Positions 52,878 through 60,940 of a stretch of 64,000 nucleotides of DNA are shown here, piece by piece (positions within the stretch are counted from its first letter, which is position 1; each line of letters starts with the position of its first letter). Under the pieces are notes generated by a model. It was not told the DNA's origin and did not search any database. It saw only the letters and a program-made list of their open reading frames with translations. This DNA is from Phycisphaerae bacterium (GTDB lineage Bacteria; Planctomycetota; Phycisphaerae; Phycisphaerales; UBA1924). The stretch is from contig JAUHXM010000003.1 of NCBI GenBank assembly GCA_030426605.1, positions 9,406-73,405 of the forward strand. The letters are read 5' to 3'. The position numbers were made by a program, and so were the translations under genes.

Positions 52878-54106
52878 ACCGGCGGCCCTCCCCCGCCCGC
52901 CGTCGCGGTCAGGTCAAACAACGGCAGGAACATGCTCACAGCCACGAACCCCACGATCAGACCCAGCACGATCATGATCACCGGCTCGATCAGCGACGAC
53001 AGCGACTTGATCACCGTCTCGTTCTCTTCATCCAGGTAATCCGCGACGTTGAGCAGCACCGCGCCGAGCTTGCCGCTCTGCTCGCCGTTGCGGATCGCCT
53101 CACACACCGACGGCGCAATCAGATCGGACCCACCAAGCGCACTGCTGACCGACTCGCCCTTGGTGACCAGCTCCTCGGCACGCTCGATCAACGCGGTGTA
53201 GTTGCGGTTGCTCATCGCCGCGCGCGTCAGTGGCAGCGCCTCCATCAGCGGAACCCGGCTCTCGAGCAGCACGCCCAGCAGACGCGCGATCCGCGCCGTC
53301 GCGAACGAACGCACCAGCACGCCGATCTTGGGCAGCTTGAGCACCATGCCGTCGCGGAACGCCGCCCCGCCCTCGCTGCGCAGCCACCAGACGAATCCGA
53401 CCACCGATGCAACCGCGGCGGGCACGATCCCCCACCAGTACGACCGAAGGATGTCCGAGAGCGTCATCAGGATGTCCGTCGTCGGCGGAAGCGGCGTGTC
53501 CAGCGTCTCGAACAGCCCGCCGAACCGCGGCAGGACGAACGCCACCATGAGCCCGAGCACGATCGCCGCGATGCAGATCAAAAGTGCCGGGTAGACCATC
53601 GCGCCCGCGATGGCGCTCTGCGCCGCCGCCTGCCGGCGCGCGAGCGACGCGAGCCGCTCGAGCATCTTGTCGAGCTGGCCCGACGACTCACCCGCCGCGA
53701 CAAGACTCCGAGAGACAGCGTCGAACATCTGCGGCTGCTCACCCATCGCCTCGGAGAGCGGCATGCCTTCTTCGACCTTCGCGCTCACCGCGCCGATCGC
53801 GGCCTTCACGCCCTCGTTCGTGCTCTGCCGCTCGATCGCGTGCAACGCCTCGACCACCGGCGTGCCCGTCGAGACGAGCACCGACATCTCGCGCGCAAAG
53901 ACCGCGACCTGCTTCGGGCTCGACCGCCGCTTCTTCCCCGGCTTCGCGCCAGACGCACGCTCGGCGTCCCCTGAGGCTTCCTCGGTGGAGACCACGAACA
54001 GGCCGCGTTTGCGCAGCCGTTCCGCCGCGTCATCCGCGGATGCCGCCTCGATGATCTCCACGACCGACTCGCCCGACTTGCTGTACGCCGTGCAACGAAT
54101 CCTCAT
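52874..54106 (-). CDS. pilC: PilC/GspF-type inner-membrane platform protein (system 2)
   Basis: The product is 410 aa with duplicated GspF-type domains and three TM segments. ATG at 54106 overlaps the pilB stop (ATGA). Confidence 0.9.
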   Translation of the reverse strand: MRIRCTAYSKSGESVVEIIEAASADDAAERLRKRGLFVVSTEEASGDAERASGAKPGKKRRSSPKQVAVFAREMSVLVSTGTPVVEALHAIERQSTNEGVKAAIGAVSAKVEEGMPLSEAMGEQPQMFDAVSRSLVAAGESSGQLDKMLERLASLARRQAAAQSAIAGAMVYPALLICIAAIVLGLMVAFVLPRFGGLFETLDTPLPPTTDILMTLSDILRSYWWGIVPAAVASVVGFVWWLRSEGGAAFRDGMVLKLPKIGVLVRSFATARIARLLGVLLESRVPLMEALPLTRAAMSNRNYTALIERAEELVTKGESVSSALGGSDLIAPSVCEAIRNGEQSGKLGAVLLNVADYLDEENETVIKSLSSLIEPVIMIVLGLIVGFVAVSMFLPLFDLTATAGGGGPPV

Positions 54107-55908
54107 GCCGCGGCCTCCCGTGGAGACGTGATCTCCTCCTCATTGCCGTCATCGGAGTGCGTCACGCGCAGCACCTCTTCCAGACTCGTCTTGCCCGCGA
54201 TCGCGAGCAGGACGCCCTCCTCGCGAAGCGACAACCGCCCGAGATCGCGCAGCCGCGCCCGGATCTCGTGCGTCGGCGCGTTCCGATAGATCATCCGACG
54301 GATGTCGGGGGTGACCTCCATGAACTCGTAGACGCCCAGACGCCCTCGGAACCCCGAGTCATGACAGCTCTGGCACCCGGCGCCCTTGCGGAACGACCGC
54401 CCGACCATGTCGCCCAGCCCGGCGTCGGCGAGCACCAGCTCGCTCGGGTAGTACTTCGTCGCGCATTCCTGGCAGATCGTCCGGGCCAGCCGCTGAGCGA
54501 CCACGCCGTTGATCGCCGAGCTCAGCAGGTAGCTCTCCACGTTCATGTCGAGCAGCCGCGCGACCGCGCCGGGCGCGTCGTTCGTGTGCAGCGTTGCGAG
54601 CACGCCGTGCCCCGTCAGCGCCGCCTGCACCGCGACCCGGGCCGTCTCTTCGTCGCGGATCTCGCCGACCATGATCACGTCCGGGTCCTGACGCAGCACG
54701 CTTCGCAGCACCCGCGCAAAGCTCAGCCCGATGCCCTCGTTCACCTGGATCTGGTTCACCAGGTCGAGCTGGTATTCCACCGGGTCCTCGACCGTGATGA
54801 TGTTCCGCTCCGGGCTGCGCAACAGATCGAGCGCCGAGTACAGCGTCGTCGTCTTGCCCGACCCCGTCGGCCCGGTCACCAGCACCAGGCCGTGCGGCTG
54901 ATTCAGCACGCGCTTGAACGACCCGAGCTCCTCCGTCCGGAACCCAAGATCCTCGAGCTTCACCTTCAGGTTCTGCTTGTCGAGCACGCGGATCACGAGC
55001 TTCTCGCCCAGCAGCGTCGGGATGCTCGACACGCGTAAATCGACCTCGCGCCCCTCCGCCACGATCCGCACCCGCCCCTCCTGGGGCAGCCGCTTCTCGG
55101 CGATATCCATCTTCCCGATGATCTTGATGCGGCTCACGATGGCCGCGTGCATGTTCTGCGGCGGGTTCATCAGGTCACGCAGCGCGCCGTCCATCCGGTA
55201 CCGGATCCGCGTGCCGCGCTTGTCGGGCTCGACGTGGATATCGCTCGCCCCGTCCTTCACAGCGCGAAGCAACGCCACGTTCACGAGGTTCACGATCGGC
55301 GACCCATCGACCATCTGGTCCAGGTCCGTCGAGGGCCCCTCGTCCACGCTCTCACGCTCGACGACCTCAACGTCCGACTCCGCGAGGCTCGTCAGGAACG
55401 CGTCCACGTCCACGTTGCCGCCGGCGCACTTCTTCACAAACTCGCGGATGTTCGCTTCCATCGCGAGCACCGGACGCACGGTGCACCCCGTGAGCTGCAC
55501 GATCCGGTCGATCGTCGGCAGGCTCTGCGGCTCGGCCATCGCGACCGTCAGCTCGTTGCGCACCTTAAACAGCGGGATCGCCCGCAGGCGCTCCGCCTCG
55601 TCGTCGCCGAGCAGGCTCAGCAGCGACGGGTCGATCAAACCGTGCCGCAGCACCACGCCGGGCATCCCGATCGCCCGCGCCAGCGCCTGCACGAGCACCT
55701 GCGGCGTCAGCAGGCCCTGCTCGATGAGCACCTCGCCGAGCATCGTGCCCGAAGTCTTCTGCTGCCGAAGCGCGCGCGACACCTGCTCGTCGGAGACAAG
55801 CCCCTGCGCAACGAGCACCTCGCCCACGCGCATCTTCGCGCCCGGCGTGGGCGTGGGCGGGCTCGTCTCGCCCGCCCGCTCCTCGATGGGGCGTTCCGCC
55901 TCGCTCAC
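54103..55908 (-). CDS. pilB: PilB/GspE-family assembly ATPase with MshEN-type N-terminal domain (system 2)
   Basis: It has Walker A GPTGSGKTTT, VGEIRDEETA, TGHGVLATLHTND and a tetracysteine motif (CQEC...CQSC). The N-terminus carries RVGEVLVAQGLVSDEQVSRALRQQ plus MLGEVLIEQGLLTPQVLVQALARA. GTG at 55908 overlaps the STAS gene stop (GTGA). Confidence 0.92.
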   Translation of the reverse strand: MSEAERPIEERAGETSPPTPTPGAKMRVGEVLVAQGLVSDEQVSRALRQQKTSGTMLGEVLIEQGLLTPQVLVQALARAIGMPGVVLRHGLIDPSLLSLLGDDEAERLRAIPLFKVRNELTVAMAEPQSLPTIDRIVQLTGCTVRPVLAMEANIREFVKKCAGGNVDVDAFLTSLAESDVEVVERESVDEGPSTDLDQMVDGSPIVNLVNVALLRAVKDGASDIHVEPDKRGTRIRYRMDGALRDLMNPPQNMHAAIVSRIKIIGKMDIAEKRLPQEGRVRIVAEGREVDLRVSSIPTLLGEKLVIRVLDKQNLKVKLEDLGFRTEELGSFKRVLNQPHGLVLVTGPTGSGKTTTLYSALDLLRSPERNIITVEDPVEYQLDLVNQIQVNEGIGLSFARVLRSVLRQDPDVIMVGEIRDEETARVAVQAALTGHGVLATLHTNDAPGAVARLLDMNVESYLLSSAINGVVAQRLARTICQECATKYYPSELVLADAGLGDMVGRSFRKGAGCQSCHDSGFRGRLGVYEFMEVTPDIRRMIYRNAPTHEIRARLRDLGRLSLREEGVLLAIAGKTSLEEVLRVTHSDDGNEEEITSPREAAA

Positions 55909-56240
55909 AGGAAACTCCGCGCCGCGTGGTGCGCATCCTCGTAGTGCTCGAACTCGTCAGACAAACCCGTCAGGTTCAACGCCTCACGCAGCGTCTCGCC
56001 CGCCTGGCACAGCTTGAGCGTCTGCCCGCTCGGCGCGAGCAGCTCGGTGATCTCGAGCAACGCCTCGAGCCCCTGCGAATCGACGAACGGGATCTCCGCC
56101 GCGTCGAGCACGAACCGCCCGCGCGTCTGCGTGAACACCTCGTGCGCCCGGCGCGCAAGGCCCTTCGCGTCGTCCCCGATCACCGGCCCGCGCGGACGCA
56201 GCACCGTGACGGCCCCTTGCTTGTGCTCTTCGATCTCCAT
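55905..56240 (-). CDS. STAS-domain protein (anti-sigma-factor-antagonist-like)
   Basis: The product is 111 aa and reads VTVLRPRGPVIGDDAKGL...FVLDAAEIPFVDSQGLEALLEI...LKLCQAGETLREALNLTGL, the SpoIIAA/RsbV pattern, including the conserved DSxG (phosphorylatable Ser context). Confidence 0.8.
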   Translation of the reverse strand: MEIEEHKQGAVTVLRPRGPVIGDDAKGLARRAHEVFTQTRGRFVLDAAEIPFVDSQGLEALLEITELLAPSGQTLKLCQAGETLREALNLTGLSDEFEHYEDAHHAARSFL

Positions 56241-56253
56241 GGGCGCCCCCTCC

Positions 56254-58089
56254 TCACGCCGCCCGCGCCGGACGCTCGCGCGCCGGCACCGTCAGCGTGA
56301 ACGTGCTCCCCTCGTTCAGGACCGACTCGACCGTGATGTCTCCGCCATGCAGACGAGCGACCTCGCGTGCCAGCGACAGCCCGATCCCCGAGCCCGTGAT
56401 ATCCCGCACACGCTCGTCGTCGGCCCGCCCGAACCGCTCGAACACCTTGTCGATCTGCTCCGGCGCGATGCCGATGCCCGAATCCACGACCTCGATGGCA
56501 ACCGAGTCGTCGGTCCCCACGCTCACACGCACCGTCACCGTGCCCCCCGAGGGCGTGTACTTCAGCGCGTTGCTGATCAGGTTGTGGATCGCCAGGCACA
56601 GCTTGTCCCGGTCCGCGTGGATCACCGGCAGTTTGGGCGGCATCTCAAACCGCAGCGTGATGTTCCGGTCATTCGCCTGCGCGACATAATCCAACTGCAA
56701 CGAGTCGAACATCTGATCCAGCCGCACGTCGTCCTCGCGAAGCGCGATCGAGCCCGCCTCCAGCTCGGACACACTGAGCATGTCCGCGACAATCCGGTCC
56801 AGGCGAGCCGTCTCCTGGCTAATCACGTTGATCGCCCGGGCCCGAAGGGCCGCGTCCTCCTCGCCCTCATCGATGAGCTGCTCGATGTAGAGCCGGATGT
56901 TTGTGAGCGGCGCCCGCAGCTCATGCGTCGCCTGCGCCACGAACGCGTTGCGCGAGTCTTCCGCGAGCTTCAGCTGCGTGACATCCTCGATCGAAACGAG
57001 CACCGCCGCGTCAGGCACGCCCCGCGCCGCCCGCACCCCCAGGCGGAGCACGGTCCCGCCCTCGTCGTCCATCGCGACGTCCACGACGTCACGCCGGCGT
57101 GAGCCAGATTTTGTCGCCTCCCCGATGGCCTCCGCGACATCGCCCGCGTCCAACGGTGCGGGCGCGGGCGCGCCGATCAGGTCATCGCGGGCCACCCCGA
57201 GCAGCACCGCCGCGGCACCGTTCGCGTACGTCACGACCCCCGACGTGTCCAGCAGCACGACGCCGTCCGTAAGAAGGTCGCACACCGCCGAGCCCTCGCC
57301 GCCGACCATCGCCCCGCCGCTGGCCTGCTCGACGCGGGCGTCGGTGTCGCGCCGACGCCCCTCGTCCCGCTCGGCCAGCAGCGTGTTCCACGCCACAGCC
57401 TCCGGGCCGAACGACTCGTGCACGGCGAGCACCGCCGTCTCGTCCTCGCCGCCAGCGAGTTCGAGCAGCGCCTCACGCACCGCCCCGATCGCGCCCAGAC
57501 GCGACCGGAACCGCCGATAGACCAGCAGCATCATCGCCAGGCCCACCACGCCGCTCACAAGCGAACCGAGCAGGACCGCGCTCCGCGCCCGATGCACGCC
57601 GGGCGGCTCGATTTCCAACTCGCACATCGCCGCACCACGGCCCGGCACCGAGATCCCGCGCCGCACGAGCAACCCGACCGACTCCGCGTCACCGCTCGCG
57701 TTCCCGGACCAGGTCTCGGGCACTTCCCCGGTGTCGATCCGCGCGGGCTCCGAATCCGCAACCACACGCCCATCAGGCAGCAACACCCGGCACGCACGCA
57801 CGCCCCGGGTCTGCGCCGTCTCCATCACGATGCGCCGCAATGCGCTCGTCTCACCCGCCGCGAGCAGCAGCTCGGACGTGCTCGCCACCACTCCCGCGAT
57901 CTCGCTGACTTCTGCCCGGCGCGTCGCCTCGGCGTCCCGCTCGAGCGTGTCGGTCATCCACCACGCCGACGCCCCGGTCACGCACAGCAGCACCGCCGCG
58001 CACGCGAACGCCGTCGATGCGATCAGGGATTCCCCGCGCACCAGCCACCGCCGTGCCCAAGCCGATCTGGTCAGGTCGATGCCACCCAT
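56254..58089 (-). CDS. Sensor histidine kinase (2 TM + periplasmic loop, PAS-like, HisKA, HATPase_c)
   Basis: The H-box is FVAQATHELRAPLT. The N/G boxes are ISNALKYTP, DSGIGI and GSGIGLSLAREV. GGAGG lies upstream of ATG 58089. Confidence 0.88.
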   Translation of the reverse strand: MGGIDLTRSAWARRWLVRGESLIASTAFACAAVLLCVTGASAWWMTDTLERDAEATRRAEVSEIAGVVASTSELLLAAGETSALRRIVMETAQTRGVRACRVLLPDGRVVADSEPARIDTGEVPETWSGNASGDAESVGLLVRRGISVPGRGAAMCELEIEPPGVHRARSAVLLGSLVSGVVGLAMMLLVYRRFRSRLGAIGAVREALLELAGGEDETAVLAVHESFGPEAVAWNTLLAERDEGRRRDTDARVEQASGGAMVGGEGSAVCDLLTDGVVLLDTSGVVTYANGAAAVLLGVARDDLIGAPAPAPLDAGDVAEAIGEATKSGSRRRDVVDVAMDDEGGTVLRLGVRAARGVPDAAVLVSIEDVTQLKLAEDSRNAFVAQATHELRAPLTNIRLYIEQLIDEGEEDAALRARAINVISQETARLDRIVADMLSVSELEAGSIALREDDVRLDQMFDSLQLDYVAQANDRNITLRFEMPPKLPVIHADRDKLCLAIHNLISNALKYTPSGGTVTVRVSVGTDDSVAIEVVDSGIGIAPEQIDKVFERFGRADDERVRDITGSGIGLSLAREVARLHGGDITVESVLNEGSTFTLTVPARERPARAA

Positions 58090-58278
58090 GGCCCGATCGC
58101 CACCTCCCCGCGGCCTGAAAACGGCCGCTCGGCGTGCTATCGGTCACAAGTCACGACACTTCAGGTCCCAGGCGCGATGAGCCCGGATCGCCCACTCGGG
58201 CACCCCCCACCGGCCGCACAGACATCACGCCGCGCGTCCGGAAACGCGCGCGCCGCGGATATGCGGTTGCACGGGAAA

Positions 58279-58360
58279 TGGGCGAGGAGGGATTCGAACC
58301 CCCGAAGGCGATGCCAGCAGATTTACAGTCTGCCCCCGTTGGCCACTTGGGTACTCGCCC
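58279..58360 (-). tRNA. tRNA-Tyr (anticodon GTA), type II with long variable arm
   Basis: Hand-folded: GGGCGAG acceptor stem, anticodon stem-loop GCAGA-CTGTAAA-TCTGC, 13-nt variable arm, T-arm GGGGG-TTCGAAT-CCCTC, discriminator A. No CCA is encoded. Confidence 0.9.
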
Positions 58361-58422
58361 GTGATCGATCATCAAATTGTCGCGGGGTCATCGGCCGACC
58401 CCGCCCCCAACTCATCCGGAAG

Positions 58423-58495
58423 AGCCGCCTGCCGGACTCGAACCGGCGACCGTCGGTTTACAAAACCGATGCTCTACCAACTGAGCTAAAGCGGC
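58423..58495 (-). tRNA. tRNA-Thr (anticodon TGT)
   Basis: Hand-folded 73-nt cloverleaf: GCCGCTT acceptor stem, D-arm GCTC-AGTTGGTA-GAGC, anticodon stem-loop TCGGT-TTTGTAA-ACCGA, T-arm GCCGG-TTCGAGT-CCGGC. No CCA is encoded. Confidence 0.9.
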
Positions 58496-58544
58496 GGGTG
58501 CGGACACTCCCGCGTCTCGACCCCCCCCGACGGAGAGAGCCGAA

Positions 58545-58618
58545 TGGGCGATACAGGACTCGAACCTGTGACCCCCAGTGTGTCATACTGGTGCGCTAGC
58601 CAACTGCGCCAATCGCCC
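58545..58618 (-). tRNA. tRNA-Val (anticodon GAC)
   Basis: Hand-folded 74-nt cloverleaf: GGGCGAT acceptor stem, anticodon stem-loop CCAGT-ATGACAC-ACTGG, T-arm ACAGG-TTCGAGT-CCTGT. No CCA is encoded. Confidence 0.9.
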
Positions 58619-58633
58619 GGATGTGAGGCCGAG

Positions 58634-58639
58634 AGTATA
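58634..58639 (-). promoter_or_regulatory. Candidate -10 box (TATACT) for the tRNA-Val/Thr/Tyr cluster
   Basis: The minus strand reads GGGGGTATACTCTCGGCCTCACATCC and then the tRNA-Val 5' end. The hexamer lies 16-21 nt upstream of the mature 5' end. I see no convincing -35 box. Confidence 0.25.
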
Positions 58640-58702
58640 CCCCCGCCGCCCGCGACGACCAGCGTCCGGACGATCCGGGCAGCACCCAACGACCGAGAAC
58701 CA

Positions 58703-58720
58703 CCCCCGCCCGAGCGGGGG
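58703..58720 (-). terminator. Candidate intrinsic terminator after the OmpA-like gene
   Basis: A perfect 7-bp GC stem, CCCCCGC-(4-nt loop)-GCGGGGG, starts 4 nt after the stop codon (58726..58724). On the minus strand it is followed by TGGTTCTCGGTCGTT, which is only moderately U-rich. Confidence 0.4.
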
Positions 58721-58723
58721 GCC

Positions 58724-59392
58724 TCAATTCGCCCCGAGGACCACGATCTCCACCCGCCGGCTGTCCTGCTTGGTCGCCCGCTGGTTCGCGGGCCCGAACG
58801 CCGCTGAATAGATCCGATCCGGGTCCACGCCCTTGCTCACCAGGTACGCCTCGACCGCCAGCGCCCGCTCCGAACTCAGCCGCTCGTTCGTCTTCCACGA
58901 GCTCTTGCGGATCGGGTCCGTGTCCGTGTACCCCTCGACGCGGATCATCTGAGACCCGTACCGAGACTGGAGCACCCGAGCCACGCTGTCGAGCGACGAC
59001 TTCGCCGAGTTCTTCAGCGTCACCGAGCCCGACGCGAACAGCACGTCGCCCGCGACCTCAACCGCGATCGCGTCCGTCCGCCCGCTCACGTTCACGCCCG
59101 GGATGTTCTCGAAGCCCGAGCTCGTCGCCGCAGGCTGGGTCGTCTGCGACGCCAGCTGGGTGCGGAGCATCTGCGACTCGGTCGCCAGCGCCGTCTTCTC
59201 GTTCTCGCACGCCGCGATGGACTCGTTCGCCTGCCGGACAACGTCCTGCAGCCCGGCGATCCGCTCGCGCAGCTCCGTGTTCTCCTGAATCGCCGCGTCG
59301 TAGTCGGCCTTGTTGACCGTCTTGCACCCGCCGACCAACGCCGCCGTGAGGGCCAGCCCGGCCGCGCACCGAATCATCTTCGTCCTGTCCAT
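58724..59392 (-). CDS. OmpA/MotB C-terminal-domain lipoprotein with coiled-coil N-half
   Basis: ATG at 59392 has GGAG 8 nt upstream and gives MDRTKMIRCAAGLALTAALVGGC (lipobox). The C-terminus (VLFASGSVTL...IRVEGYTDTDPI...NERLSSERALAVEAYL...RRVEIVV) is the OmpA-like peptidoglycan-binding domain. Confidence 0.85.
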   Translation of the reverse strand: MDRTKMIRCAAGLALTAALVGGCKTVNKADYDAAIQENTELRERIAGLQDVVRQANESIAACENEKTALATESQMLRTQLASQTTQPAATSSGFENIPGVNVSGRTDAIAVEVAGDVLFASGSVTLKNSAKSSLDSVARVLQSRYGSQMIRVEGYTDTDPIRKSSWKTNERLSSERALAVEAYLVSKGVDPDRIYSAAFGPANQRATKQDSRRVEIVVLGAN

Positions 59393-59548
59393 CCGTGAGT
59401 CTCCGTGTTGTCGTGATGCAGCGTCCTCCGGACGCGCCATCGTCCGGCATCAATGTATCCGCGATCCGCGCCGTCTGCCTGCACCCGAGAACAATCCGGA
59501 CGTTCCACCCGCCCACCTCAGGCCGGGAACCCCGCTGGCATCACCGAG

Positions 59549-60934
59549 TTAGGGCAGGTCGATCGAGTACCCGAACACCCGGACCAGCCCCGCCTCGATC
59601 GCCGGCTTGCCCAGCAGGACCAGCAGCGTCGCGACCGCCAGGAAGGGCCCGTACGGCATCGCCCGGGGCATCCGACGCAGCACCACCCCGCCCGCAAGGA
59701 CGTACGCCAGCCCCACGAACGCCGCCCCGAAGAACGCGATCACCGAGTCGATCCACCCGCAGCACGCCCCGACCGCCGCCATCAGGTGCACGTCCCCCAG
59801 CCCCATCGCTTCCTTCCCGAACGCCAGCGACCCCCCAATCCGGACCGCCCAGACGACCGCCCCACCGATCAGATACCCCAGCAGCACCCCCGCCAGAACA
59901 ACCAGCCACAGCGGTGCCGCCACGAACGCGCCCCCCTCGCCCGCGGCGAGCTTCGGGCCCAGGATCGCGCCGAGGTACCCGAGCCCCGCCGGTGCCGCCA
60001 GGAACGCGAGTTCCTTCACCATCTCCCGCCGAGCGTGCGGGTACCGGATCCACATCGCCGGGTCGTCGATCGCCGCACCCGCGGCGTCGTCCGGCATCGG
60101 CGGCGGCTCGCTCGCGTCCGGCGCCGCCTTCGGCCTCGCCTCCTCGATCCGATCGAGTTCCGCGCGTTCCCACGCCTCGTAGTCGCCAAAGCTCCGCGTG
60201 ATCAGGCCGAACCGCATCATCAGCAGCGACACGCCCAGCCCGAGCGTCCCGCCCAGCGCGACCCCGATCGCGCGCCAATCCGTGAGCGCCGGCGTCGCGA
60301 GCGTCCAAACGCACCCCTCCGCCGATACCCACCGCTCGCCGTCGTCGAACCGCCAGCGCCCCGGGTCGATCTCTGAGATGACACCGTGCGCGATCTCGCT
60401 GTACGCCGCGTGCCCGACGTGGAACACGAGCGCCACCACCACCGGCACCCACGTGAGGACCAGCGGGATCGTAAACGTCCGCGCGTCGATGATCGTCATC
60501 GCGACCAGACACCCCAGCAGGACCACCAACACCACGAACGCGGGCCAGGTCTCCATCGCGCCGTTGAGCGCCCACTCCGGCTTGATCGCGCCCAGCCCCA
60601 TCGCCGCATCCGCGGGGATGACATACCACAGCGCGAAGACCGCGCCGAACAGCACCGCGACGATCGTCTCGACGATCGGGTACTCGGGCGAGATCGGCGC
60701 CGTGCAGAACCGACACCGCCCGCGCAGGAACAGCCACCCGAAGATCGGGATGTTCTCTTTCCACGTCAGCACCCTGCCGCACCACGGGCACCGCGACGAC
60801 GGGATCACGACCCCCTCGCCCCGCGGCAGCCGATAGACGAGCACATTGATCAGCGACCCCACGCACGCACCGACCGCGATCACGAAGATCAGCGTCGTCA
60901 GCAGCGGCATCATGGTCAGCAACCAGTTCGGCAC
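59549..60934 (-). CDS. pilD: Prepilin peptidase / N-methyltransferase (A24 family), unusually long (461 aa)
   Basis: The N-terminus reads GSLINVLVYRLP...RCPWCGRVLTWKENIPIFGWLFLRGRCRFCTAPIS (zinc-binding CxxC pairs). The C-terminus has GLGDVHLMAAVGA (active-site Asp context). Long inserts lie between the conserved blocks. Confidence 0.88.
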   Translation of the reverse strand: MPNWLLTMMPLLTTLIFVIAVGACVGSLINVLVYRLPRGEGVVIPSSRCPWCGRVLTWKENIPIFGWLFLRGRCRFCTAPISPEYPIVETIVAVLFGAVFALWYVIPADAAMGLGAIKPEWALNGAMETWPAFVVLVVLLGCLVAMTIIDARTFTIPLVLTWVPVVVALVFHVGHAAYSEIAHGVISEIDPGRWRFDDGERWVSAEGCVWTLATPALTDWRAIGVALGGTLGLGVSLLMMRFGLITRSFGDYEAWERAELDRIEEARPKAAPDASEPPPMPDDAAGAAIDDPAMWIRYPHARREMVKELAFLAAPAGLGYLGAILGPKLAAGEGGAFVAAPLWLVVLAGVLLGYLIGGAVVWAVRIGGSLAFGKEAMGLGDVHLMAAVGACCGWIDSVIAFFGAAFVGLAYVLAGGVVLRRMPRAMPYGPFLAVATLLVLLGKPAIEAGLVRVFGYSIDLP

Positions 60935-60940
60935 AGGGCG

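Noticed and set aside
58134-58811. Short ORFs overlapping the tRNA cluster (58134..58364, 58151..58375, 58486..58689, 58544..58807, 58578..58811).
   Set aside because: The region folds into three canonical tRNA cloverleaves on the minus strand, so the ORFs are incidental.
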